From Wickerhamiella versatilis (taxonomy: Eukaryota), in NCBI GenBank assembly GCA_030867685.1, contig JAQOWU010000007.1, positions 248,001-312,000 of the forward strand: a stretch of DNA of 64,000 bases, written 5' to 3'. The translations under genes and the position numbers were made by a program. The notes beneath the pieces are model-generated. The model searched no databases. It had not been told where the DNA came from and was given only the letters and a program-made list of their open reading frames with translations. Positions 42,057 through 52,318 of this stretch are shown here, in pieces (position 1 is the stretch's first letter; each line of letters opens with the position of its first letter).

Positions 42057-43100
42057 ATGGTGCAATCAACTGTCCTCTCCTACACTAGTTTTGCATCCCC
42101 CCTGGAGCTCAAGACCATTGATGTTCCATCAGAATTGTCACCAACAGAGATTGTCGTCAAGGTGACCCACACGGCACTCAACCCTATCGACATAAAGATC
42201 AAATCCCTTGATCCAGGATTCAATCTGTATGCTATCAAGGACTTTTGTGGCCACGTCCATAGTGCAGGCCAGGAGGCAGCCAAGCACTGGGAAGCCGGCG
42301 AGCGGATATGTGGAGTTGGTCTGAAGGCCCCCTTTAAGGGCTTTGTCGGCACCTACGCACTTTTGGATATCTCCAAGGATGCCCTAATCAAACCTGCGGA
42401 GCGATTGACCGATGCAGAGGCAGCGGCATTCCCCTTGGTTTTCGGTACTGCCTATCAGTTGCTAGAAACTGCGACGTTGACCCCAGACTCGTCTGTATTG
42501 GTGCTGGGTGGCACGACTGCCGTGGGCCAATATGTGATTCAGCTCGCCAAATTACATTATAGAGTGAAGAACGTGGTTGCCACATGCTCTGCTTCATCGT
42601 CGCCCCTGGTGCGTTCGCTGGGTGCCGACAGTGTTATCGACTACAACGAGCCAAACCTCTCGCAGATATTTGCCGACTCTGCAGCAGCCATAGGCAAGTA
42701 CTCTGCGGTCATAGATTGTGTTGGAGGGTACGATGCGCTCAGAGTGTGGCCGCAAATCCTGAAACCAGCATCCACGGGCTCGTCGTACGCCACCGTCATG
42801 GGCGACGTTCCTCCCCAAAAGAGCTATACAAAGACCATGATTAAGGCTCTTTTGGCCATGCCCTGGGTTTTGTTTAGGAAGCTCTTCGGGTCTTATTTGG
42901 GCATAAACTACTTCCTTATCTCGCTCAGTGGTGGAAGCGGCGAGGGTGGATGGACGAAGGACGCCACCACTTTCTTTGCCAATCCGAAGACAAAGGTTAT
43001 AATTGACTCTGTGTACCCCCTGACCCAGTTCCAGAAAGCTTGGGACCGTCTCGACAGCACACGTGCTAGGGGTAAGGTGGTACTGGATATGTCGTCGTAG
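42057..43100 (+). CDS. Zinc-independent MDR/enoyl-reductase-like protein (YIM1/AST1 family)
   Basis: ALNPIDIK, AAAFPLVFGTAY, VLVLGGTTAVGQYVIQLAK, IDSVYP, ARGKVV. Confidence 0.85.
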   Translation: MVQSTVLSYTSFASPLELKTIDVPSELSPTEIVVKVTHTALNPIDIKIKSLDPGFNLYAIKDFCGHVHSAGQEAAKHWEAGERICGVGLKAPFKGFVGTYALLDISKDALIKPAERLTDAEAAAFPLVFGTAYQLLETATLTPDSSVLVLGGTTAVGQYVIQLAKLHYRVKNVVATCSASSSPLVRSLGADSVIDYNEPNLSQIFADSAAAIGKYSAVIDCVGGYDALRVWPQILKPASTGSSYATVMGDVPPQKSYTKTMIKALLAMPWVLFRKLFGSYLGINYFLISLSGGSGEGGWTKDATTFFANPKTKVIIDSVYPLTQFQKAWDRLDSTRARGKVVLDMSS

Positions 43101-43319
43101 GCTGCCGCAGGCCATCGCACGCTCTGAGACGGGCTTCTTCGTCCTGTGAACAAGACATATGCCATTTTACATGCATAAACGTAGTTTCGTAGCAGGCCTC
43201 AACTGGAGGTGAATAAGTGTAAGCATTCGTTTTAGATTGGTTTGAAATTGGATGCGATTATTGGGCACCCATATCTATTGGGACTGCCCTGCGTGGTTTT
43301 AAGGCCCTCTAGTCCATGC

Positions 43320-44852
43320 TCACAGGCTAGCATCACGGCGTCCACTGGTTATAAGATCACAAGCCCGTTCTGCAAGCATTTCTATCGTTATTACAGGATT
43401 CACTGAGGTCAGAGTTGGGAAGCTTGATGCATCTATCACTCTGAGTGATCTCGTGCCGCGTACTCGGAGCTTGGAATCTAGCACTGAACCCATCGCACAG
43501 GTGCAAGACATGTGGTATACTGTCTGATGAGTGGCCCTCTCAGCTCGTGAAATATCTTCAAAAGACTCGACTGATGGCCCTGGGAAAATCTCTCTTTTAA
43601 TCCAACTCTTGAAAGGATCAATAGAGGCAATTCTGCGACAAGCCCTAATTGCCTCAACAATCACACGTTCGTCATGGCCCTCGACATCGGTGAAATATCG
43701 TGGATCAATCTTCGGAGGAACATTTGGGTTCGAGCTGGTAATCCATACTCTACCGCGACTGGATGGCTTGGCAACATTGGGGGTAAGGCTTATAATGTTA
43801 GCAGGAAAAGTGTATCCAATGGCCTCTGCATGCATGACCCATGGCTCAATTGGAAAGTGGCACAGGGTATCAGGTAGCTTTCCTGGACGAGGAATGGATT
43901 CAGGGCCCACGGATAACATACATCCGCCATCCCAACCGCTAGCGCATGGTCCTTTAGGTACGTTATGGTTTGCCTCCCACACTATCAACCCTTCAGCATG
44001 ATCCTGTAGGTTCTCCCCAACCGCAGGTATATCCACATTACAAGCTACTCCAGCAGCTTCTAAGACATTGCGAGGACCTATTCCAGAAAGTTGAAGCAAC
44101 CTGGGAGAATCAATTGCTCCGGCACACAGAATTACTTCATGCTTCGCCCGCAAAACTTCGTTTCCCTCCAGTAATATACCTGTAGCCCTGGGTGGGGATG
44201 TGGACGACAAAATGACCTTAATGCACCGACGATTCACCATAAGGTGGAGGTTTGATCTTGATAAAGCAGGATGAAGATAGTCCAGCGAGGTTGCACCCCG
44301 TTGATTGGTGGCAGGATCGTATCCCACTTCAAAAAAGCCTGTGCCAGCCGCTCCTTTCTCGAGTCGGCCATCATTCCACTGATCCTGGATGGGTAACCCT
44401 AGGGACTTGGAAGCAGAGGTTATGACATCACTCACCATTGGGTTTCGATCTTTTACAGCAACTGGCTGTACTTGGGTGAGAAGCTTCTCATAGTATGGAT
44501 ACAAGTTTTCACTGTCCCATCCATCGGCACCTAGTCTCACCCATTCATCTAGATCAGCTTTCAGTGGCTTCCATGCGATCATGGTATTCGTGTTTGAACA
44601 ACCTCCCAGTATCCTCATGCGAGTCTGATGGATCATACCGTTACCTCTCTCCTGGGGCACATATCGATAGTCCATATCGTACTCGCTGCCCACCATCTCT
44701 TCCCATCGATTTAACTGTGTAGCCCGTTTTTCACCACGGTCGTCTGGCCCCCATTCAATTAGGCAAACGGAGATTGAAGGGTCCTCGGTAAGCCTCGCGG
44801 CCAAAATAGAGCCTGCGGTGCCGCCTCCTACAATAATATAGTCAAAGGACAT
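43320..44852 (-). CDS. GMC oxidoreductase, choline-oxidase-like
   Basis: FDYIIVGGGTAG Rossmann motif, GPDDRG, LGGCS, GAIDSPRLLQLSGIG, VGENLQDH, TVYH (catalytic His), DASSFP, NP. First ATG is MSFDY (44852). Confidence 0.9.
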   Translation of the reverse strand: MSFDYIIVGGGTAGSILAARLTEDPSISVCLIEWGPDDRGEKRATQLNRWEEMVGSEYDMDYRYVPQERGNGMIHQTRMRILGGCSNTNTMIAWKPLKADLDEWVRLGADGWDSENLYPYYEKLLTQVQPVAVKDRNPMVSDVITSASKSLGLPIQDQWNDGRLEKGAAGTGFFEVGYDPATNQRGATSLDYLHPALSRSNLHLMVNRRCIKVILSSTSPPRATGILLEGNEVLRAKHEVILCAGAIDSPRLLQLSGIGPRNVLEAAGVACNVDIPAVGENLQDHAEGLIVWEANHNVPKGPCASGWDGGCMLSVGPESIPRPGKLPDTLCHFPIEPWVMHAEAIGYTFPANIISLTPNVAKPSSRGRVWITSSNPNVPPKIDPRYFTDVEGHDERVIVEAIRACRRIASIDPFKSWIKREIFPGPSVESFEDISRAERATHQTVYHMSCTCAMGSVLDSKLRVRGTRSLRVIDASSFPTLTSVNPVITIEMLAERACDLITSGRRDASL

Positions 44853-45066
44853 CTGCAAAACTCGGATGGACACCTTGATCAATTAATTTTACGGGAATTT
44901 CAGCCAGATATCAATTACTAATACTGATAACCACTGTCCTTACGTGTTGGGATACTAAGTCCGAGAGGAAACTCACTCCGTTTTGACCTAGAGATCTCGC
45001 GGATAAGCTTTGATTTGCTGGAGGGTACGTCAAGTTGGAGCATGCTCAATATACTCTTGCTAACCT

Positions 45067-45140
45067 ACCTTGTGGGTGTCTTGGACTCTGCACGCCGGTG
45101 AGCACCTTGTGGGTTTCTTGGACTTTAGACGCTGGTGAGC
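45067..45140. repeat. Tandem duplication 2 x 37 bp (32/37 identical)
   Basis: accttgtgggtgtcttggactctgcacgccggtgagc / accttgtgggtttcttggactttagacgctggtgagc. Confidence 0.9.
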
Positions 45141-46007
45141 TAGCTTCGTTCTAAACACATTCCATATCAACTAACACCTTAAGCTATGTAAAAGCACTCA
45201 CGGTCTCTGAGATCCCCTATCAGTGAGAGCACGACAAGTTCTCTTAATTGATAAAACTTCCATAGGCAGATGTGGTAGCAGGCCTACGCCTCGTTTCGGA
45301 ATACGAATGCTTACTTTTCTCTACCCCATGCTCCCTCTATATGCGCCGTTATTGTATGTAAGGTAGGCCTGCTGCGGCAGCAACGCCCCCATCACCATAT
45401 AGAACTCAGACGGTGAGGGGGGTGCAGTATGGTAGCATGAAGCTCAATCATATATGGAAGTTTTACAAAACGGATATAGAGTATTGACATTTAGTTTATT
45501 GGTTGACGATCTTTTCTCAACATCTTCATTTTGAATGCGTCCACAAGTAGAACATGCATTGTGACGTCATGCATCCAGGTTCAGAAGATATGCTAGGAGT
45601 TTTCGGTAAAGCCTTTTAGGGACTCCTTTTCTCTTCATTTTAAGCATATTAAAATATCTCCTGTCGATTTTTATAGATTTCTGGTGTATACTTTTCGTGA
45701 TCTTTCTTCAATACTTCAGGCCCTAAAAATAGAATCGCGCCGGTTTTGTCCACCCTCGATGTATTGATGGCTCGCTAAAACCATATGGAGTATATGGGGC
45801 ATAGAGGAAGGGATTCCCACTTTTTGTCTATACTGGGTCTTACCTCTTTACCCAAGATCTCGAGGACTCAACAACCATCTCTCGAGCATGATGCATTACA
45901 TAAGAAACGTTGACTGCTAATTATAGACACAAATATAGAGATACGATACAGATATATAAGGGGGATTTACCATGCGGCACTTCGTTAGAACTCGATTCGA
46001 TTTGCAA

Positions 46008-46472
46008 ATGCAGCTCTCCCTCATCTCTACTTCTCTATTAGCTCTGGCTGCTGCTGGCCCTGTATCTTTCGATACGCGTTATTTGTTAACTGCTGTGTAT
46101 TCTGGTGTGCCTGAAGTTCACCACAAAGATCTCAAGATTGATAGTTCTTCCGGTGGTGTTACACTTAGTGGTGATACCAACTTCTCTGTCGGTTTTCCTC
46201 ATGACCAGCTGCTAGTTTACGAAAATGGCGAATATACCGACTTATCATTTAGCGTCGCTGTAACGAATTCCCAGAGAATATTTGTCACTAATAGCACGAA
46301 TCTACCAACACACTTCAGTATTTCGAACGGACGTCTCGAGCATGACTTTTCTACAAGCTTCACTGTATGTCTTGATGACTTGTCCGTCGCGGCGGCGGAC
46401 TCCGAGGCGTCCTGGGCGTACTGCAAGAATCCTTTGAGTGGAGTGACTATAAATGCCTTCGAGCTAAACTAA
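46008..46472 (+). CDS. Small secreted protein (cell-wall PhiA/Cwp1-like beta-rich?)
   Basis: Signal peptide MQLSLISTSLLALAAA-GP, about 154 aa, two Cys near the C-terminus, sequons. Confidence 0.75.
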   Translation: MQLSLISTSLLALAAAGPVSFDTRYLLTAVYSGVPEVHHKDLKIDSSSGGVTLSGDTNFSVGFPHDQLLVYENGEYTDLSFSVAVTNSQRIFVTNSTNLPTHFSISNGRLEHDFSTSFTVCLDDLSVAAADSEASWAYCKNPLSGVTINAFELN

Positions 46473-47134
46473 ATTACATGACGTCCTTAAAAAGGGTCGT
46501 TTATTCAGGTCAAGTCAATAGTATTTTATATTCATACTTATTTTAGCTAAACTGATTGCTGTAAACACTTTCAACGACCTCATATTTATGTGCTCATTGA
46601 GATTCTCGAAATGAGCGCGCTCAGCGATACTATGATAGATAATAGTCTGGCACTGTAAAGGAGTATTCTATAAGACGGCACTATATGCGGCGGGGGAGAA
46701 GGTGCATCATACCATGAAAGCTGAGCAGCGTAATCTCTCGTAGGGATGCATCTTTTCTACCCATGCTTCTTTGCTTTTGTTTCCCCTCTTTCGTGTTGTA
46801 TGGGGCTTGGGCTAGGGTGTATGCAAAATTTCACAGGTAGATGCGAGGAAGTACGCCGGGGAGTGCAGAAATTATAGTGTTAATAATCTTCGATAGACGG
46901 TTTGCCATTTATATGATCTCTGTAAATTGACAAAAAACCTCCGTAGTATATCGACGAAGACATTTTTATGATGCTTTGATAAGTATTATTTTACAACTGA
47001 CTATGTTATTGAGAATGGTATAATCTATGCTAAGCCGACCACTGATGACGTCACTTCTAAATTTAGAGCTAGTGCGAAATTGCCTGAAGGTATTTAAGAT
47101 CCTAGATGGGAACGTTTAATGGGTATCGCAGAAC

Positions 47135-47611
47135 ATGAAACTCTCTTGCTTGTCGATAATAACCGCTGTCCTCGCTGCACCAGCACCAGAGCCCACTGAT
47201 GCTAGGGATGCTACCATATATTCGATCATAACAAGTAATACCGTGGTACCGGAGTTAAACCAGCGCCAACTATACCACCATGATAATAACAAGTTCAGTC
47301 TTAATGAGCCTACCAGCGGCCGCCCTGCTATTTTGAGACTTGGATTCGCCAACAATAAGGCATACTACTACGATTATACTAGCATGCCTGTCGGCGGTCT
47401 GCTGGTGAATAGTACAGATAATACCGTGGGTATTCAAAAAGAGGCCACTACTGACTTTGAGCTGAATAACAGTACAGGTACCCCTGTGCTGAATTACAAG
47501 GGTTCCAATAATCTGTTCATTAATATTGACACATTGGAGCTTTTGGCTGGTGGCATACCTGCAGGTGTCAATAGCACTTCAGTCGATTTGATTGCTCAGC
47601 CATTCATTTAA
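47135..47611 (+). CDS. Small secreted protein
   Basis: Signal peptide MKLSCLSIITAVLA-AP, 158 aa, several NST sequons. Confidence 0.8.
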   Translation: MKLSCLSIITAVLAAPAPEPTDARDATIYSIITSNTVVPELNQRQLYHHDNNKFSLNEPTSGRPAILRLGFANNKAYYYDYTSMPVGGLLVNSTDNTVGIQKEATTDFELNNSTGTPVLNYKGSNNLFINIDTLELLAGGIPAGVNSTSVDLIAQPFI

Positions 47612-47836
47612 TTAGCATATTACCCCTCTAGTTATTAGATTTTTTAAAGCATTCTTTTCTGCCTCTAAAAGGCTATCAACGTTGGGCACGGTTACCTACT
47701 CAGGTAAACCTAATCACAGCATTTGTCGGATAACCAACCCGATATATCTGATTCATCAAAAGGACCGGTGTGGCACAGCAGATTTGCTCATATAAGCAGT
47801 GTTCGCATTTTTCAATATCTCCAATATATATGCTCC

Positions 47837-48307
47837 ATGATTCCGCAAATTATATGGCTGGCAGCGATAGCAGTAAATGTAGCAGCTACTCAGCTCTATA
47901 CGCTCAATGCTTTCGATCTTCTTTTTCCCAACGGTACCTATACTCCCCTGGAGCTTCTCAATTCTACAGATGATATCATAATGAGCAGTGACATGGTATC
48001 CGGTGCGAATATGAGCGTTGCTTTTCGTAATGGCACGATGTCAATTTTCGACAACCATGTAGATACAGGTACGTGGATTGCTCTCGATCCAACCGCCCAG
48101 AATTGGATTAGATCGAATAGCGTCTCCCCCATCCAGTTCAGTATCGAACCATTGGCATCTAGCAAGCGCAATATTTTGAAATATAACAGTTCCGAAAGGT
48201 TTGCACCTTGCTTTCAGAATGGACTGGTATTTTTTAACACTAACGCAGCGTATAGCGCGGGCTGTCGTCAGGTCGATAGCAAGGCTATTACCCCCATACC
48301 TTTATAA
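47837..48307 (+). CDS. Small secreted protein
   Basis: Signal peptide MIPQIIWLAAIAVNVAA, about 156 aa, two Cys near the C-terminus, sequons. Confidence 0.75.
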   Translation: MIPQIIWLAAIAVNVAATQLYTLNAFDLLFPNGTYTPLELLNSTDDIIMSSDMVSGANMSVAFRNGTMSIFDNHVDTGTWIALDPTAQNWIRSNSVSPIQFSIEPLASSKRNILKYNSSERFAPCFQNGLVFFNTNAAYSAGCRQVDSKAITPIPL

Positions 48308-48416
48308 CTAAATGAACAGAACAGATTAAATTTGAGCTTGTGCAAGTTTACTTTATATATATACCATCAATTTATAATTTATTTCTATGCATATCAAAAG
48401 TAAGATGCGCATATAG

Positions 48417-48935
48417 CTAGAGGTGCTTCAATACGGCATCAACGCCAGAAACGGTCACCTGCGATGGGTCTTCCTCGTTTCCTGCGTAGGTGATCTTGCC
48501 ATCTTCTACAATGAGGGCATAGCGACCGGTACGGACGCCCATGCCTCCCTTCGTCATATCAATGGAGAATCCCAACGATTTGGAGAACTCCGCGCCGACG
48601 TCAGAGGCGAAGATGAACTTATCGGCCAAATTCTCGGCCTTACCGAAGGCAGACATAACGAAGGGATCGTTTGCAGCAAGAACAATCACTTGGTCGACAC
48701 CCTTGGCCTTCAGCTCCTGATATTTCTCCGCATATGGAGGCAAGTGGTTAGCCGTGCATGTCGGAGTGAATGCACCGGGAACGGCTACAATTACAACCTT
48801 CTTTCCCGGAACAACCTTGTCGAGGTACAACTGCAACGGGAAGCCGCATGCCTTGATGTCTTTGGTCTCTTCCTTATAAGGGATATAGCCGAAGTGGACG
48901 CCCTTAGGGAATTCGCTGCCTACTACAGAAGACAT
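48417..48935 (-). CDS. AHP1: Peroxiredoxin, Prx5/AHP1/PMP20 type
   Basis: ACGFP resolving Cys, VPGAFTPTCT peroxidatic Cys, NDPFVMSAFG, RYALIV; C-terminal KHL; TTACTAA (Yap1-type) at 49006-49012. Confidence 0.93.
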   Translation of the reverse strand: MSSVVGSEFPKGVHFGYIPYKEETKDIKACGFPLQLYLDKVVPGKKVVIVAVPGAFTPTCTANHLPPYAEKYQELKAKGVDQVIVLAANDPFVMSAFGKAENLADKFIFASDVGAEFSKSLGFSIDMTKGGMGVRTGRYALIVEDGKITYAGNEEDPSQVTVSGVDAVLKHL

Positions 48936-49232
48936 TGTATTTGTTGTACTAATTGAGGCGGAAGTTGGCCCATTATATAGTCTCTAGCGTCTAGTTTGTA
49001 GGTTATTACTAATTTTGTCTGGATCGGTCGATTTGCTTGCTTGCTAATATAATAGAACTATAGCAACGACAAACTTGCGATCAGGCTTCGTATAATTACG
49101 TTATTGTTTTAGGCAGTCTATATGTTTTCTATGACTTCAATGTTAAGTTTCATCACAATGTGTCGGGTCGCGTTGCAACGCGTCGGATCGTGTCGCTATG
49201 CTATATGATTCAACAGCAATAGGATGGATAAT

Positions 49233-50087
49233 CTATAGGTCATCCTGGGGATGTGTGAACCTATGAATCTTCTCAAGAAAGTCTGATTCTGGTTTGAGGT
49301 TTTCTTCTGCAACATGCCTATATAACTCACTGGCACCTTCGAGCATGGTGACTGCGCCGGCTTCTGGTTGCAAGAATTTTGCTATTTCATTCATTTCACC
49401 ATCCCAACGATAGGCCTTTGAGTACATGGATGGTAGCTGCCTTGCCAATATGCCATAGAGAGCTGGCTGACTGGCTTGGAGTTCTGCAACCAGGCCAGTG
49501 GTTACCCCATGATTCGCAGCACCTATGGCCATAGATGTTCCTAGAGCTTGAAATCCCTTGGTGATGCCTGCATAAGCCATCTTCAGTGCAGAAGCCTCGC
49601 CCAGGCTATCTGACAGTACACGTGCATCAATGCCAAACGAGCGAAGCAAAAGAGCCTCCTGATCTATGTTCCCTGACATATACAGTCGAGGGCCGGCTGT
49701 TCCTGGCTTCGGACTGGAGCCAATTATGGATGCGTCTCCAAATAAAAGACCCTGGACCACGAATTCATCCGCCATGGCTGTCAATGTTTCGGGGGCAATT
49801 GCGTTGCAATCAATGTAAACTTTTTTACCACCAAATTGTTTAATGAGCGGCATAATATGTATTGCTGTGGACAACGCAACAGATGGAGGAACTATTGACA
49901 GTATCACCTCAGACTGTTGAACCATTTCAGCATCGCTGAAAACCTCGGCTTTGGCCCATTCTGCACGTTTGCGGCTTGCCTCGCTCCGTCCCTCTAAGCT
50001 TGTGACTACACGTGCTCCATTATCGGTCAATCTACGAGCTATTCTGGCCCCCATCTCGCCCATTGAGATAACTCCAATGTTCACCAT
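49233..50087 (-). CDS. NAD(P)-dependent oxidoreductase, 6PGD/3-hydroxyisobutyrate-DH-like with DUF1932 C domain, bacterial-like
   Basis: IGVISMGEMG, LEGRSEAS, ILSIVPP, YIDCNAIAP, ASALKMAYAGITKG, KAYRWDGEM. Confidence 0.85.
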   Translation of the reverse strand: MVNIGVISMGEMGARIARRLTDNGARVVTSLEGRSEASRKRAEWAKAEVFSDAEMVQQSEVILSIVPPSVALSTAIHIMPLIKQFGGKKVYIDCNAIAPETLTAMADEFVVQGLLFGDASIIGSSPKPGTAGPRLYMSGNIDQEALLLRSFGIDARVLSDSLGEASALKMAYAGITKGFQALGTSMAIGAANHGVTTGLVAELQASQPALYGILARQLPSMYSKAYRWDGEMNEIAKFLQPEAGAVTMLEGASELYRHVAEENLKPESDFLEKIHRFTHPQDDL

Positions 50088-50378
50088 TCTCTCCGCAATT
50101 ATTAGGTAATGCCTTCCCGCCAACACGAAGATCCAACCGATCATAAATGCTTAATTGTGAACTCACTAGTAGTATACGGCTCAATGGTGAAGCTTAGTTC
50201 TTTCCGTCTAACCCCTAATATCGATGCATTTTGGGGTTCAATGTTAAAAGATCATGAAACAGCAAGGTAATTGCAATGTTTTCTATAGTTACTATAACGC
50301 ATTTCTTTTTCATGTTTTGGTTCTAGCCATCATTATATTTAAGAGCAGAGAAAAAACTGGTTTGAACCAAAAAAAATC

Positions 50379-51839
50379 TTACTCTGGTGTGATTGCAGTA
50401 CTTGCACAGCTGAAGGGGTTACCATACGAACCTGACTGGTAATTCCAGACGATAGATTGCACAGTCGAATAAACGCCAGGACCGAAAAAATAGAATCCCA
50501 TGACTATAAGAACTACGTTGAAAGCGTCCAAGATAAAGGTATATGGCTTTTTGGGCCTATTCTTTCGCAGTTGGAAATATGCAGCACCCCAGAACACAAA
50601 CCCAAACCAGCAGTCAAATAGAGACGACATTATGGACTCCAAATCGCTAAAAAAAGGAATGACCTCTGCTATGACGAAAGCCAAAGCCCAACATGCAAAA
50701 ACGATACCAATCCATACACCCCAGCCGAGAAACGTATTGCTGTGAAGATTTCTCGAACCCTTGGGGAATATAAATTGCATCAAAAATTGCGAGGTTACGT
50801 TGGTGTATAGAGACCCAAGGAATATCAAGGTGGGGAGTGCGAAAGAGAACGATATATAGAGATAATTTCCAGTGAGGCTTGCATAGGCAGGAGTGGTCAT
50901 GTAATAGTCGCCAACGTATACGTACACAATTGAACCCACAAGAACAAATAGAACAAGTTCACATACACTAACTACAGTGACGGCCTTCTTGAAATCTTGT
51001 GGTTTCTTCATTTGATGAATGAAGCTGGGGTACGTGATCTGCCCTACCAGCGTGTAAGTAATGTTGAGGACTGCAGTCATGGCCGTGGGGTAGGGATTGC
51101 CCGAATGCGGCCATAATGAGCCCGGCCGCGGGTCGGCCCGCACCTTCCATGTCACAGGAGTTCCATCATACGAATGTGGATGTTCCTGAATACCAGCGAA
51201 TATCATGGCCAAGATCACTGATACAAATTGGGTTCCTGCACTGAACAGGCCCACCCACGACAGTTGGCTGAAGGTGCGTGGTAGGGAGAGGAAACAGCAC
51301 AAAACAGTAGCCAAGACGGCAAATGCCAAAGAGCAGGTATTAATCAGACCGCCCTCATAATTCTTCGTGATCGTGTTAAAATATCTAGCCCCCACAAGGA
51401 CATGCAGCGCAGCAAGAATGATGTTGTTAGCGACAAAACAGGCTGCAGTAATCCACCATACGACTTTCGAATTCCAGAATAGGTGCTTCCCCAGGTCACA
51501 AACGTCAGTTAGTCCAGGGTGGGCAATTGTATAATCAGTAATTGTTAGACCTGTGTACCATGTCGTGAATGTGATGAATATTGTGATAAGAATGCCCGGT
51601 ACGAGGCCTAGAACAGAATATGCCCATGGAAATGACATAATTGCAAGGCAAATGTACTCAGAAAAGAGCAGGAAAGCTGCCCTTTGCCAGGTGAGGGTCT
51701 TGTAGCGGATGGTGGCACCTTGCGTGTCCATGTCATTGATCATGGCTTCATCATCGTCAGAGGAGCCTGTATGGTCCAACAGACTATCTTTACCGAGTGA
51801 AAGTTCGGGATCTTTCGTCTGCTCATGATCTCCGAACAT
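50379..51839 (-). CDS. Amino acid/auxin permease (AAAP), Neurospora Mtr-like neutral amino acid transporter
   Basis: IRYKTLTWQ, SEYICLAIMSFPW, LPRTF, GQITYPSFI.QMKKPQDF, AEVIPFFSDL, about 11 TM. Confidence 0.92.
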   Translation of the reverse strand: MFGDHEQTKDPELSLGKDSLLDHTGSSDDDEAMINDMDTQGATIRYKTLTWQRAAFLLFSEYICLAIMSFPWAYSVLGLVPGILITIFITFTTWYTGLTITDYTIAHPGLTDVCDLGKHLFWNSKVVWWITAACFVANNIILAALHVLVGARYFNTITKNYEGGLINTCSLAFAVLATVLCCFLSLPRTFSQLSWVGLFSAGTQFVSVILAMIFAGIQEHPHSYDGTPVTWKVRADPRPGSLWPHSGNPYPTAMTAVLNITYTLVGQITYPSFIHQMKKPQDFKKAVTVVSVCELVLFVLVGSIVYVYVGDYYMTTPAYASLTGNYLYISFSFALPTLIFLGSLYTNVTSQFLMQFIFPKGSRNLHSNTFLGWGVWIGIVFACWALAFVIAEVIPFFSDLESIMSSLFDCWFGFVFWGAAYFQLRKNRPKKPYTFILDAFNVVLIVMGFYFFGPGVYSTVQSIVWNYQSGSYGNPFSCASTAITPE

Positions 51840-51912
51840 CTCCAACTAGAATTTTTCTACCTCGGTACCTTCAAATGATACCCGATGCTGCGTAGTCATG
51901 CATGTTTCTAAT

Positions 51913-52308
51913 ATCACGTGATCTATATTACCTAATGGTAGCACAGGCGATTCGACGTGTTGAGTTCCTATTGTTGGACTGAGCATTGATCGCTTTGATC
52001 TCAGTTCTAATTTTCAGCTTTTCTTTTATATAAGAGGTTTATTTACCTCATTGTAGTGCTTATTGCTTGACGATAACATGGCTTAGCTGAGTAATTAAAT
52101 TAGGCTGAAGCGTGATAACTAGTAGGTTTAGCATGCTCTACTAACTTCACTAGCATCTCATCTAGGGTTTTGAAGTTTAGATTATCAATGAAAGTTTTAT
52201 CTAAGTAGGGCATCTACTTGAAAGTAGGACTGTAGCCATCGCGTGTCCATTGCCACTGGTTAAGTCCAAAACCCTAGCATCGGTATAAGATGGTGGCTGT
52301 TCACGTGA
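51913..52308. promoter_or_regulatory. Two TCACGTGA (Cbf1-type E-box) motifs in the divergent permease/sulfatase promoter
   Basis: ATCACGTGAT at 51913-51922 and TCACGTGA at 52301-52308. Confidence 0.5.
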
Positions 52309-52318
52309 TACTCTGACC

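Noticed and set aside
45067-45140. Repeats as a CRISPR array or transposon ends (also 22975-23022 and 6276-6337)
   Set aside because: No spacers, cas genes, transposase, LTR pair or target-site duplications; eukaryotic context.
1985-49012. Window-wide Yap1 (TTACTAA/TTAGTAA) regulon across many redox genes
   Set aside because: The roughly 8-9 copies seen are about what AT-rich intergenic DNA would give by chance; only the catalase and AHP1 cases were kept as tentative.
50088-50100. GGAGAG just before the DUF1932 ATG as a relic Shine-Dalgarno
   Set aside because: Spacing to the ATG is too short and the motif too small to distinguish from chance.
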